In this document: positions 10,970 to 23,008 of the stretch, in pieces
Position numbering within the stretch: position 1 is the first letter of the stretch
Layout: each line of letters opens with the position of its first letter
Assembly: GCA_965644315.1 (NCBI GenBank)
Contig: CBFFRQ010000031.1
Coordinates: forward strand, 792,413 to 856,412
DNA length: 64,000 bases
Source: Caecitellus pseudoparvulus
Taxonomy: Eukaryota; Protista; Bigyra: Bicosoecida
Reading direction: 5' to 3'
Position numbers and translations under genes: made by a program
Notes under the pieces: generated by a model
What the model was told of the DNA's origin: nothing
What the model saw: the letters and a program-made list of their open reading frames with translations, nothing else
The model's database searches: none

Positions 10970-12676
10970 ATGCTGGGTAGCCAGGCAACGAGGCGAGCGA
11001 TCGCTCGCGCCCTCCCTCGTGCTGGACAGCTGCCCATGAGCGCAGTCTGTGCGCTGGCAACACTACCATCTGCACAAAAGACACCCACAGCCGATGCGGG
11101 GGCAGGCCATGGCCTCTTCGCCCTTGTTGCAGCTGCGGCCGGACTCGGGATGAGCGGAATTTGCTGTGCAGACACCGCAGCTGACGAAGCCACACCTCCA
11201 GCCGCTGCAGGGAGCAGGATTGAAGGCCTGCCACTTTACTCTGAAGAAGATGTTTCCAAGCATTCCTCTCCCGATGCTGGGATCTGGGTCTCATACAAGG
11301 AGGGCGTGTACGACGTGACAGACTTTGTTGCCCAGCACCCTGGTGGCGCTGAGAAGCTCATGATGGCAGCTGGAGGGAGCATTGAGCCCTTCTGGGCATT
11401 GTACGCCCAACACAAGGCCGGCAACGTCCAAGAACTCCTGGAGAAACACCGCATCGGCAACTTTGACAAGTCCTCCGTCAAACCCAAGCAGGCAGTAGCC
11501 GAACGCGCTGCTGATGACCCATATGCAAATGAGCCAACCAGGCACCCGGCCCTCGTCGTGGGGACACAGACCCCCTTCAATGCCGAGACACCGCCCTCCA
11601 TGCTGGTAGACTCCTTCATTACCCCCACAGAAATCTTCTACGTCAGGCATCACCTACCAGTGCCCGACTTGGACCCTGACACCTACCGATTGCAAGTCGA
11701 AGTGCCAACCAAGCGAGGCGTCAAGTCGCTGTCCCTTTCCCTGAAAGACCTCGCCGCCTTTCCCCAGCACACCGTCACAGCCACACTTCAGTGCGCCGGT
11801 AACCGCCGGAAGGACATTCATGACGTCAAGCCCGTTCGAGGTCTCAGCTGGCAACTCGGTGCAATCGGCAACGCGACCTGGTCAGGCCCGCGCCTGGTGG
11901 ACGTCTTGCACGCGGCAGGCCTGGAAGATGCCTGCCCCGACCTAGCTCACGTCCACTTCGAAGGACTGGACAGTGACCCTACTGGCACCAGCTACGGGGC
12001 AAGCATCCCCCGGGAGGATGCGGTGGCCAAACACCGCGAAGTCATCCTAGCCACGCACATGAACGGGGAGCCCTTGCCCCGGGACCATGGGGCCCCCGTT
12101 CGAGCCTTGGTCCCTGGCGTCGTCGCAGCGCGCTCAGTCAAGTGGCTGGGCAAAGTGAAGCTCTCAAAGGAGGAGTCCCTCTCGCACTGGCAGCGGAAAG
12201 ACTACAAGGGCTTCTCTCCCAACGTGGACTGGGACACCGTGGACTTCTCCACAGCCCCCTCCATCCAGGACCTGCCAGTCACCTCCGCCATCACCTCCCC
12301 GCCTCCTGGTGCGACTGTCTCTGCTGCAGACGGCTGCGTGACCCTGAAGGGCTATGCCTGGTCGGGCGGCGGCCGCAACATCGTCCGTGTTGACGTGTCC
12401 GTGGACGGAGGCAAGACATGGCACACTGCCGACCTTGACCCTGACGCAACTGCATGTGCTGCTGCCGCGCCACACAACCAAGCTTGGGCGTGGGCCCCCT
12501 GGGAGATCGAGATTGACCTGCCTCCCTCCGTCAAACCAGGCGACACCCTCACCCTCGTGTGCAAAGCCGTGGACCGCAGCTACAACTCCCAGCCGCAAGA
12601 ACCCGCCTCCATCTGGAACCTTCGAGGTGTCCTCAGTAATGCCTGGCACCGTGTTCCCTTGACTGTCTCAGAGTAG
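10970..12676 (+). CDS. SUOX: Sulfite oxidase (animal-type: presequence + cytochrome b5 + Moco + dimerisation domains)
   Basis: Arg/Ala-rich presequence. Cytochrome b5 motif GVYDVTDFVAQHPGG; PFNAETP; FYVRHH; Mo-ligand LQCAGNRR; DHGAPVR; RSVKWL; GYAWSGGGR; WNLRGVLSNAWHRV. Confidence 0.95.
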   Translation: MLGSQATRRAIARALPRAGQLPMSAVCALATLPSAQKTPTADAGAGHGLFALVAAAAGLGMSGICCADTAADEATPPAAAGSRIEGLPLYSEEDVSKHSSPDAGIWVSYKEGVYDVTDFVAQHPGGAEKLMMAAGGSIEPFWALYAQHKAGNVQELLEKHRIGNFDKSSVKPKQAVAERAADDPYANEPTRHPALVVGTQTPFNAETPPSMLVDSFITPTEIFYVRHHLPVPDLDPDTYRLQVEVPTKRGVKSLSLSLKDLAAFPQHTVTATLQCAGNRRKDIHDVKPVRGLSWQLGAIGNATWSGPRLVDVLHAAGLEDACPDLAHVHFEGLDSDPTGTSYGASIPREDAVAKHREVILATHMNGEPLPRDHGAPVRALVPGVVAARSVKWLGKVKLSKEESLSHWQRKDYKGFSPNVDWDTVDFSTAPSIQDLPVTSAITSPPPGATVSAADGCVTLKGYAWSGGGRNIVRVDVSVDGGKTWHTADLDPDATACAAAAPHNQAWAWAPWEIEIDLPPSVKPGDTLTLVCKAVDRSYNSQPQEPASIWNLRGVLSNAWHRVPLTVSE

Positions 12677-12704
12677 TTGCTGCTCTTGTGCTTGATTGGA
12701 GAGG

Positions 12705-12713
12705 AAAAAAAAA
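12705..12713 (-). terminator. Pol III terminator (T9) of tRNA-His
   Basis: A run of 9 A on + (T9 on -) begins 7 nt after the tRNA discriminator base. Confidence 0.8.
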
Positions 12714-12719
12714 GGAGAA

Positions 12720-12790
12720 TGCACACACCGAGAATCGAACTCGGGACGAGACGGCCACAACGTCTCGTGATACCACTTCACCATGTATGC
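12720..12790 (-). tRNA. trnH-GUG: tRNA-His (anticodon GUG)
   Basis: Minus strand GCATACA TG GTGA AGTGGTA TCAC G AGACG TTGTGGC CGTCT CGTC CCGAG TTCGATT CTCGG TGTGTGC A. Complete cloverleaf, GTG anticodon, A discriminator, no encoded CCA. Confidence 0.95.
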
Positions 12791-12799
12791 CGAAGATTA

Positions 12800-15700
12800 A
12801 TAGAAATTTTGTGTATATATTCATTACCTTTATCTAAGCTCTTCCACTGCGAACGCTTTCATGGCGCACACAGACATCTGACTCATCACAGCAACAAGAG
12901 TTGACGATGACGTGACCCAAAGCTGCGTTGAACGGGTACGAAAATCCATCAGTTCGTCACACCAACACGAAGATACCGGATCGAGAATGAAATAACCTAG
13001 TTCACAATGTACACGGGGATTCACGTCAATTGTTGGAGCAATGGTGAACACAACCTCCCAGGCAAGCTACGGAAAGGAATCACTACACAAAGAAAAGCTG
13101 AGGACTCTGCGTCCAACATTTGTCCACGTTCATGTGGATAGCATGCCAACTGCCTTGACCAGCTGGTGGCCTGCTGAGAAATGAAAATGCATGGTGGACA
13201 ACCGAGCAAACACTTCGGGAGAGAGTCAAGCATACCTCTTGCCCAGTATTCTCCTGTTTCCGATACAGCCCGAACACCTAGATGCGGCTGGCCTTCATCC
13301 CAGCCCGGAACACAAGCCCCCTCCAAAGTGCAGAAAACAGCACCAGAAAGACGCCTATGGTGGATGCCCAACACACAACTCACCAGTGGCGGAGGCAGCA
13401 ATGGAAGCCTTACCAAAGCATGCAGTTGGCGCGAGATAGTATTGGGTGCAGGTGGTGCGAAATATCGTCTCGTTCCAGGGTTTTACGAAACCGTCCGACA
13501 CCAAGAGCAGCATCCGAATGGCTGCATCGAACAGCCAGTTGGACCCTGAACAAAAGCAAGAAGCGCTTGCAGGAGCTTACCGGCTCATGAAAACAGCAAA
13601 GATACGACGGGCGAATCCGCAAAAGGCAAAGTTTTTCGTGTAGGTGTCACAGCGACTGCATTTGAGGAAGTCGGAGCAGCAGCTGTGGGTTTGGCACTCT
13701 CATTCCAAGCAAGGAATGCGTGTGGCATGTCGTGTATGGATACTGTCATAAATCTTGACATGATGCGCCAAGCAGCATGTCAGAGCTTGTCAGCGGTACA
13801 TTGCAGCCTGGTGGGCGCTCAAACGTGGAGCACGCTGCTTGCTTTGCGCAATCAATTGTCTGGAGTGGCGAGGATATTTCTTGACAAACTTTGAGGTACA
13901 TCGGAAACGAGAGTCAAGCAGTGTTTGGATCGAAAGGCATCCTCCTCACGAATATGTCACCCGTTCGCGCATGTTTCTTGTGTCTTTACATAGGTAGGCG
14001 TTAGATTTCGTGCTTTCCATGATCTAAAGGCCCAATTGTATTGACATAGGAACAAGGCATTTATGCAAGCAGCAAGCGACTTAACTTGTGTGCTTCTTAC
14101 CTTTTTCTTCCGTTGAAGTAGTTGACTATGGTGAGCAAAGGGTGCCTCCCATACGGCAAGCGTCAAGTCTCACAATGCAAATTTCTCTTGTTTCTGCGAG
14201 GGTCTTCTTCGGAACGTCAAAGTACAATGTCAAACAATACAAGGAACAGCTACCTGTCTTAAGACCATGAAGAATACAATGTATGATAGGTTTTTGCAGT
14301 CACAGGTTTCAAGAGTTTTGAGCTTGGCAGACTTCCCACTCTGAATGAAATGCAGCACTACTTTTTAAGAGTCCCTTGGTCACAGCATAGCTCAGCGCAC
14401 TACTTCCGCTCCTAAGCTCAAACTTGTGGTGGAGGATTCACGATAGAGGCTTCGATTCTTACTCTTGAACATGTGGAGAAAGCGTCAGAGAACCTTTAAC
14501 ATCGTTTGTCAATTCGTTGGATAAAGCTGTGACACACGAAGTAGGACACACTAAGTATTCCCCGATACACCAGTGCACACCTATCAAGCATATGCTCTTC
14601 AAAGAGTTAGTTCATTCTTGAGCCAGTGTGGTGCGCATTGAAGTACTTTGAGCATGAAGTGCTCGCGTTTCCAGAGAAGACTTCAAACAAGAACACCTGT
14701 GATGACAAACTTCACCATAGGACGTTCTTCGCTCTGGTGTGCTGGAGTTCTGTCACTATTTGATCAGATTTCGTGAGTTGTGAAGCATTCTCTTCTTGCC
14801 TCGTGTGTCCTCTCCTGTAGGCTTGTCAATATTTCCAGATAATGCAAGGCACGTGGTCGAGATGAGCCCTGACTGTGTAGGCAAAGCTGATTCTTTTGGG
14901 TTGCATTCAATTGCGAGAAGGATTGATGCTTGATGCTGAACATTGACAAAGAGTCAAGTCTGGCGTTTATTACTGTCTGCTGCGCTGGTTCGGGTAGTTT
15001 TGGCAACGCACAGGCTGGTGTGGGTCCTCAATGATTGAAACCTCGACAGGACTGTGGCAGTGCGACTTTCAATCTATGTGTTGGTTTGCGAAGACGGATG
15101 CTTGAATTGTCTGGTCAGTGATGAAGTGGACTTCCATTTTTGGCCAGCTGGCCGGTTTCAGTTGAGCGGCACGTGGTCTCTACTTGAATGTAGCAAGGGC
15201 ATAAACTTCAATTCTGCATCCTTTCAATGCGTTACGCACTCTTTATCTTCTAGTTGCTGGATGAGTTGGGTTATTCTTCTTCTCTGTACGGTTTTGGTCT
15301 TAGATGCTTCTTGGGACTTATGCAATGTTTTCTTTGAAGCTGATCTGGCCAGGGCTGTCAGATCAGCCTGGGCGATTCTTGGAGCTGCTTTGCATGTGGT
15401 GAGCCATTGTTTTTCGTGTCGTGGACTTCAAGTTTGTGACCAGTGTTTTATTTCATTGGGTTCTGTCGACGCTCGCAGCAGTAGAAGGGAGGAGCAAGCC
15501 TGTGTGCCAAGCTCGCTCAGGGCTATGTGTTCGCGTTTTTGTGATGACCGCTGGTGCGTTCAGAGCACCCTGGGATTTGTCAGACCTAAGGCTGCCTTTG
15601 TGGAATGCTTGATTTAGAAGCTGGCATGCTGGAGTTTTTGTTGGGTGTTTTGTCGCCCCTGCTCAGTCTGTCGCTGGTTTGGATCGGTTCTTTGACAAAG

Positions 15701-16050
15701 GGGCGTCATCCAATCTACCAAGATGGGAGCTGGGTTGTGAGGGAGGCAAGAAATGGCGAAGGTCAGCATGCTTTCGGCGAATATGTGATAGTTGAGCACT
15801 GCTGCCTTCGGCTCTGATAAATCTGCTCGGGCCGAGGGCGGGTTCGCGCATGCAAGGCGGCATGAAGAAGCAGCCAGTCCAATCAAACAATCAAACCTTT
15901 CACACGTTGTCACGCACTGCAGAAAGTAAGCAATTCTCCCCCCTCGTTGCTGTGCGGCTTCAGCTTTGCTGTGTGCTCGTGGCGTTTCACTGAGCTGACG
16001 CGGACACCACGCCAGCAGTTTCCTCTGCCTCGCTGCTCTTGCAAGAGCGG
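12800..16050. other. Gene-free low-GC tract with strand-skew reversal
   Basis: Hand counts of 60-nt lines give 26/60, 25/60 and 24/60 GC (lines 14281, 14461, 15241) versus roughly 60-70% in genes. Only short unrecognisable ORFs. Left part is A/C-rich and right part T/G-rich on +. Confidence 0.75.
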
Positions 16051-16090
16051 CCATTGAACGGAGTGCCAGGACACGTTCCATATTTTCATC

Positions 16091-16688
16091 ATGGCATCTG
16101 GGTTTGTGAGTATTTTTGCGGAAAGGGTCCTAGTTGCTTGGTTGTGGGAGTCGTGTCCTGCGCTGGCGTTTCACAGGGAAAGAGCATGCCGCTTGTGACG
16201 GCTCCCGCCAACACCCTGCGAGAGGGCCACAGCAGCTTCCAGCACTCGACCGAGGATATTCACCCAGTTGACGCCATGCAGCAGCAGGTGAGTGCAGCCA
16301 CGTGGTCCTCTCTCGCGCGCCGTGCAGGCATGCCGCTGGATGGTGGTGTGGTGCACAGGAGTTTGCCGGCGCATGGAGCAACAAGGTGTCCACAGCAGCA
16401 AGGATTTACGGATCCCATGCGGCCTTGCGCTTGAAAATGGACCGATCAATCTTGGCCCAGTATCAGAGGCTGCCAGGCATGCCCTCCAGCTTCGCCGGTT
16501 TGGACTGTGTGCTGCAGCGCGATACGAAGATTGACTTCTCTGATGTGCTGGCTCGTAAGTGTCACTTTGCGCACCCCGCTAGAGGTGCTTGTGGATCTCA
16601 CGAAAGCCACCCCCTGTTCACAGCTCCTGACCTGAGCCCTGACATGCCCAAGGGCGTTCATGAAGTCATGGCAGCAAAGCTGGGCTGA
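16091..16688 (+). CDS. UMP1: Proteasome maturation factor UMP1/POMP (4 exons)
   Basis: Introns 16106-16176, 16288-16358 and 16555-16623 give MASGF|GKSMPLVTAPANTLREGH..HPVDAMQQQ|EF..IYGSHAALRLKMDRSILAQYQRLPGMPSSFAGLDCVLQRDTKIDFSDVLA|PPDLS..HEVMAAKLG, the UMP1 pattern. Confidence 0.88.
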
Positions 16689-16713
16689 CTCCACAATGCA
16701 CCGGCGTTTGCAT

Positions 16714-19577
16714 TCATTTTGGCTGCTCGAGGGCGGCTGCCACCTGCTCCAGCACGTCTTGCAGTGGCTTGCCGTGGTTGCTGGGGCTCTTGGCCACGGC
16801 GGCGAACAAGCTGCCGTGCGTGGGAGCCGCCGCCTCCGCCGCGCGCACAACGTCGGAGGGTGACTCGCCTCCCTGCCACCCCTTGGCCAAGAGCAGGCGC
16901 CAGGCCCAAGCATCCCCGAGGAGAGGCTGCAAGGAAGTGGCCCTTGCCAGCCATTTCTGGGCCTTGTCTGGCTTGCCTGTCGCCCACAAGAACCGCGCCC
17001 CTTGCACCAGCACGAGTGGGTCTTTGCTCTGTGTTGCTGCCATGGCATCCTTGAGCAGGCGCTGCTTCAAGTGTTTTGGCCCTGCCCGTTCGATAGAGAG
17101 TGCCCACAGGCGCCCTGACTTGGGGCAGGCTTGGTGGCCTTTGGCCAGCAGTGACTCAGCCAGCTCTGCACTGCCGCTGGCATCTTCCAGCCGCACACTC
17201 GCTTCCCACACGCTGTCGCTGTCAGGCAGCGCAGACCTCGCTGCATCCAGAATGCTGCGCGCCTTGGGGACGGAGCCGTGTTTGGCCTCCATGGCTGCGG
17301 CAGCTTGCCACAGCTGGGGACTGGTTGTGCAGGACTTGGTGGCGGCAGCCAGCGCAGCTCTCGCCTTGTCCAGCTGGCCTTGCCTCTCGTACGCTTGGCT
17401 GAGCATGAGCCAGCACTTGAATGCGTCCGGGAAGGCTTTCACGGCCTGGCGGAGCAAGGAGATTTCTTCCTCCCCGTCGCCGCTGTCCCGGGCCAGCAGG
17501 GCAGACTTCATCCACACGCGGGCAGTGTGGCAGTTGGCACGGGCGCGGACGAGGAGCTGCTTGGCCAAGGCCAGACTGCCGCTGTCCTGCTCAAGTTTGA
17601 CGGCTGCAAGCCAAATGGCCTCGGAGTTCGGGTTGGCGTCAAAGGCAGCCTTAAGCACTGCCCGTGCGCCAGGGGCGTCGCCGCTGCGCCACTTCTGCTT
17701 CGCAGCAATGAGCCACAGCACCTCCTCCGCTGGGCAAGCCTTGACTGCCTGTTCCAGGAGAGCCGACAGGCGGACTTGGTTGTCCTCGTTCCGCTCCAGT
17801 TCGGTCGCTGCCAGCCACACAGCGGGCGCAGAGGGGTGGTTCCGCACCAGCATGTCATAGGCGGCCCTGGCACACGCAACGTGGCCTCGTTTGGCGAACT
17901 CGGCGGCATCCTGCAACCAGGTGCGCTTCTGGTCCAGGGCTTCGACACCCATGGCCAGTGTGGCCTGGATGAGGGATGCAGCCACAAGCGGCGAGCCGTC
18001 TTGCTCGGCCTGTGTCGCGTGGGCGATCCACGTTGCCCTGTCCACGATGACACCTTTCGAGGCAAGGCGTGCCACAGACTTGCCGATGATGCGCGAGACA
18101 TTCTGAGTGTTCCCAGCTGCCTCCTCCAGTTTCGCAGCGGCGATGCGAATGAGGGGCTCTGTGGGCAGGGCTTTGCTGGCTTTGTTCAGGACGCCCCGTG
18201 CGCGTTCGTGGGTTTCCAGGCGGGCCAGGCTGATCCACAGCTCAGCGGAGCCCGGCACCTCCCCGACAGCCTGCTGCAGCATGATCTTGGCGTCCTCCGG
18301 CTCCTCCAACTCCACAGCCGCCTTCCACAGCTTCACTGACGAGGGGATGAACTCCAGGCCCTGCCGGAGGACGGCCCGTTTGCGAGGCAGCTCCCGCTCC
18401 AGGCTGGCTGCTTTGAGCCACACCTTGACGCTGCGAGGTATGTGGCGCACAGCGTTGGCCAGCACCATGGGGGCCTCTGAAGCCTGTGCCAGGCGGGCAG
18501 CTTCCAGCCACACGTCTTCAGACTTCGGACAGGCCTCGGTGGCCTTGTTGATGATGTGGCGGGCTGCGCCCAGCTTGCGGCAGTGCTCCTCGAAGCGGGC
18601 CGCAGACACCCATGCCAGGGGGTTGCCGGGGTTGCTGGCGATCATGCTCTTCATGAGAGCGCGGCCTTTCTTGACGTCCCCCACCTCCGCCTCGCTCATG
18701 CCCTCGACTGTGTCCAGGCCAGTCAGGTACCCTGCCGGGTCCACGACTGTCTGGCCGTCCACGGAGTCGCTCTTGCGGTCAAGCTGCAGGGCCATGACTT
18801 GGCCTCGTGCCTGTGAAAGCCCTGTGACTGCAGAGGTGGCACCTGCACCTTGGTCTTGAGTGGCGTACTGCCCACTGGCCAAGCCGGCTGCCGACTGGAT
18901 GAGGGTGTCTGGCACGGGCATGAACTGGTCCTGCCGCCTGGCTTGCATGCGCAGGGCGCCGTCACTGGACTCGGGAATGGCATCCCACTCGCTTTCAGAC
19001 ATGCTGGCTAGCCCGCTCTTCAAATCCGCGAACTGCTCAGTGATGCGGGGCCGCACTGCCCTGGCCGCGTCAGCCTCAGCTCGGCGAGCCGCTTCCCGTG
19101 TTCGCTTGCGCCGCCCAGACATGAACGCGTCCACACGCTCGTACTCGGCATCTGCCGCCTCGTCATCCAAGTCATAAGGTCCATCGCCGAACAGGCCCTT
19201 GCTGCCGTCCAACTCGCCCCCCGCAGCCCCCGGAGTCACGCCCGAACCACTTGCCGCTCCTCGTCCACGACCCGGCACATACCCAGAAGGTGCCGCACTG
19301 CGATGTGAGGGGGCAGTGCAGACACGTGTGGGGGCGGACTGAACTCACACCCACGCCATGACTCACTCTCGCCCAGGCGCTGCCTTGGCTGGTCCGATGT
19401 CAGAGCGGGTTGTGAAGCCGACTGCTCCACGACCAAGACCGGGTACATAGTTCGCCTGTGCAGCGGTGCAAATGTGAGGGTGAGGGGCAAGCGGGCTGGG
19501 CCCCCTCCACAGCAACTACGCACGGGTGCAGCCTGGTCCGCATAGGTCTTGGGGATGGAGACATTCACGCCAAGCAT
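16714..19577 (-). CDS. PRPF6: Pre-mRNA splicing factor PRP6 (U5 102 kDa, HAT/TPR repeats), 3 exons
   Basis: ATG 19577. Two short introns restore [22 protein letters not shown]. Also [50 protein letters not shown] and HAT repeats to the C-terminus. Confidence 0.95.
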
Positions 19578-19933
19578 GGTGTGCAGGCCAACGAGGAGCG
19601 GAGGCAAGGGCCTCGTAACGCCGACGAAACGCCAGGAAGCAAGCTGCCAGCATGCACAGCAGTCCAGTTTCAAGGCCACTGGCGCTGCGGAGAGAGGACA
19701 AGCAGCCACTGAGAACTGTGTGACTTGGGCAAGTCATTTTGACCCCTTTGCCAGCAGGCATGCGCAGGAGCGGGGTGTGCTTGGTGTCAGTGGGGGGGCC
19801 TCGGCATGCACGGTGTTGCAGTCACTGGTGCCCAGTTCGAAATAAAAACCACACTCCACTGTTCACTGCAGTCAGACATGATTCGTCTTTCTCAGCCCTT
19901 GTGCCGCTGCTCTGTTCAGAACGTGCTTGAGGC

Positions 19934-21110
19934 ATGAGCTGGTGGGGCGGCAGCTCCGATGCCGGAGCGAAGGAGCCAGCCAAGGAGGAAGTGTGGGACC
20001 TGACGAGCCATGATGGCATTGATGAGGACCAGTATGCGCTGGACTCTGCCAGCAGCAGTGTGAACCACGACCCTTTTGCGGACGAGCTGTCTGGCGAAGA
20101 CACCAGCTCCATGGACTTCACGCACTCAGTCGGCAACCGAGTCTCGGATGTCTATGAAGGCCTCCACTCCATGCCAGCTGCACCCATGCCCACAGAAGGG
20201 CGGGTGGCAGAGTCTGCGGGTGCTGGTCGTGGTGGTGGCGCTGCAGGCCTGCTGGGTGGCTTGAACCCAGCCGCGCTGCAGGCCATGGCTGCACAGCAGC
20301 AGCAACAGCAGCAGGGCGGCCAGGACCGGTTCCTGCAGCAGTCCCGGAAAGGCCTGTGGGAGGTCACCATGCACAACGTAGGCGTGACGTATCTATCAGG
20401 TGTGTGCCTGCCTTGCGTGCCTCCGCTGCGTGGCCGGCCTGTCCGTGATACGACGGCGTGCGGAAGTTGGAGCTTGCCGCCGGGTGCGGAACACTTGCGC
20501 TTGCTGCAGGCACGCAAGCGCCCCCCGCCCAATCACAGGCGTTGCAATGGGAAGTTTCTATGGCATTTTCGAGGGTGCAGCCAAAGCTCCCAAGCGTCGA
20601 GCAAGGTGTGTGCTGTTGCCTTGTGTCGGTGCTGGCGTATGTGCGTGTGATGCTGCGCTGCGTGCCTGATTGCAGGATCGTCTTGAACTCTGTGCTCAAC
20701 GCCGTCGGCAAGCGAGGCAGTGGCTTGGGGAACGCCATTGGTACTCTGGGTAGGTCTTGCGCGCCCTGTATGGCGTCCCACTCTCCCTGCCCACGCACCC
20801 GCCTGCCTTGCTGACCCGCGCAGCCTTGCTGTACTCGGCCACGGAGTGGGGGTTGGACTACATCGACTTCGACATGGCTCCTGATGCCTTTGACATGCGC
20901 CGCCGAGAGATCTACACACAGATGGCGGCGGCTGCCATCACCGCGGGCACGTTCCGCCTTCCCCAGCTGGTGGCGCGGCGCAACTTGACCGGCGTGGCCA
21001 TCGTGGGGGTGAGCGCACTGATGGGCGCAGGCCTTGTTGCAGGGCTGGGTGCCGTGGGCTCTGCAGTGGACAAGAAGAAAACATTCATTCCGGTGAACTG
21101 GGAGGCGTGA
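19934..21110 (+). CDS. TIM23: Mitochondrial import translocase Tim17/22/23-family protein, TIM23-like (4 exons)
   Basis: Acidic N-terminus, then spliced HNVGVTYLSG|VAMGSFYGIFEG..RRAR|IVLNSVLNAVGKRGSGLGNAIGTL|ALLYS (first intron 20400-20538). The LNxVLNxxxKRGxxxGN.G motif is typical of Tim23. Confidence 0.8.
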
Positions 21111-21121
21111 GCACCCCTCCC

Positions 21122-22822
21122 CTACTCGCTGTCGCTGGAGTCCAGCAGCCCCCCGCCATCCCCAGCCTCCGCCACCCCAACCCCCACGGCGCCCTTGGCT
21201 GTGTCACCCCCCAGGACAGTGGCAAAGTGCAGCACAATACTGCCGTCGGCACCCCCTGTGAACACTTCGCTCGTGGCCTGCCGCACAGCCACCCGCTGCA
21301 CCCTGCCGACGTGGCCGGCCCAGTCACTCAGCAGCCGTCCACTGCCCAGTCCCACCACCGACACGCCTTGCGTCGCAGCGCCAGTGCCTGCGCCGCCTTG
21401 CAAGTCAACATCAGCTGCGTTTGGGTGAATCAATGCAACACCTCGCACTGCAGCTGCGATGCGCCGGTGGCCAGCATCGAGTTGGGGGCTGACAGGCATG
21501 GGCAGCTTGCCGAAGGTCAAGATGCCCGGCGTGAAGGCGCTGCGGTGGCGGGCTGGCAGACCAGAGCAATGCAGGGGGTAGCGGCTGATGTGCGGCAGGG
21601 CCACTGCGGCGGCGGGGGATCTGCTCGTGGAGACTGGCCACGCCCAGCCCCACAGCCGCACAGCTCCATCACGCCCACACGTGGCGAGCACCTCTTGCCC
21701 CGGCTGCTTCTCACAAGGCACAAAGGCCATGCCCGTCACGCCATTGGTGTGGGCGGTGGCGCGGTCTCGCTCGCGCCGGGTGGACATGCCGGCGGAGGCG
21801 CCCGCCGCCCGCCGCCCAGCAGCCAACGATGCAGCCAGCACCTCAGCGCGCTTGCTGGAGCTGAGCCTGCGACCAGGCTTAGAAACGGGGATGGTCTCTG
21901 CTGGCCTGGCATCCAGTGTCCCCACCATGGCATCTTGCTCCCCCCTGCGCACGTCCCACAGCACAGCAGCGCCCCCGGCGTCCCCACTGGCCAGCAACCA
22001 CGGAGTCGCACAGCTCCAGGTGAGGCAGGTGGCAGAGAGGGTATGCCCCGCCAATATACCCGTAGATGCACCAATGCGCAGGTCCATCAGCTCAATGCGG
22101 TGGTCAGAGGAAGCCACCGCGAGGCAGGTGTGCAGGGGGCTGCCCTGGCATGCTGCAGCACTGGACATGCCAATCGCTGCGACAGCCCCCAGCGCCTGGA
22201 GGCGCGCCGCCTCCTGCTGAGCGTTTGCGTCCCACACCCTCACAATTGCATCTTGACTGCCCGTGATGAACATGCCTGTGTCCACCGGGTACCAGCAGGC
22301 GCAGGTGATGCTGCTTGGCGTTGTGGGGGGCTGCAGATGGAGGCAGGGCTGCCACGCCGCCTCCTCAGCCCCTGGCCGTTCACCGGCACAGTCAAAGACA
22401 ACCACGTGCCCTTCAGATGTCCCACACAGCAGCCTGTGCAGAAGGCAGCGTTGAAAGAGCTGGGTGGGAGTGCCAGGCGCTGGTGTCGCCCTGCGGCGCT
22501 CACATGCGGTCTTCCACTGGGTCGACCACTAGGGTGGAGACCGTCCCCGACACGGACGCCACGAGCTGCGGACGGGGAAGGGTGGACATTTGCCCCATCT
22601 GCAGCGCACGGGGGCAGGGCTAGCACCTCACCCGATGCCTGGCGACAGCATTGGTGGCCACCGCATACGCTTGAGCACTTGCCACAGCCTCCTCTATCCT
22701 GCAGCGGGGCTCCTGACGTGCACACGTAAAAGCAGGAAGAGCTTTAAGTGCTGGCCATTTACATACACTTCAGGCTTTCGCTGACCGCTGCGCCTGGCTT
22801 GGATGGCGCGCAAGAGAGCCAT
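21122..22822 (-). CDS. ERCC8: DNA excision repair WD40 protein ERCC8/CSA (4 exons)
   Basis: ATG 22822. Spliced MALLRAIQARRSGQRKPEV|..|..STLVVDPVEDRM|LLCGTSEGHVVVFD, then WYPVDTGMFITGSQD, DLRIGASTGILAGH, LWDVRR and ATAHTNGVTG, matching CSA-specific WD40 segments. Confidence 0.85.
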
Positions 22823-23008
22823 GCCATGGGCCCGGACAAGCAGTCGTGTTTGCACAGGTCAATTTCCGCTTGAAGGCAAGTTTGCATAGGGCTGCACACA
22901 CTGAATCCCGGCCAGCGGGAGTGCGGAAGCACCTGTCCACTCGCTTGGATGAGCAGAGCGGTGGAAGGTATGTGCAGTTTCGGGTGGAAGTCGGTTTTGG
23001 GCCCTGCC

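Noticed and set aside
15339-15367. Local hairpin GCTGATCTGGC..GTCAGATCAGC
   Set aside because: An isolated 11-bp imperfect stem with no supporting context.
12800-16050. Endogenous virophage, Polinton or tRNA-targeted retroelement as the source of the low-GC tract
   Set aside because: No long ORFs, no integrase, RT, capsid or polymerase motifs, and no terminal repeats or partial tRNA duplication seen.
15614-16081. 155-aa minus-strand ORF with a presequence-like start (MAALARAARQRK)
   Set aside because: Its ATGs lie only ~10-37 bp from the UMP1 ATG, it has no recognisable domain, and it runs into the low-GC tract. Not excluded, but unsupported.
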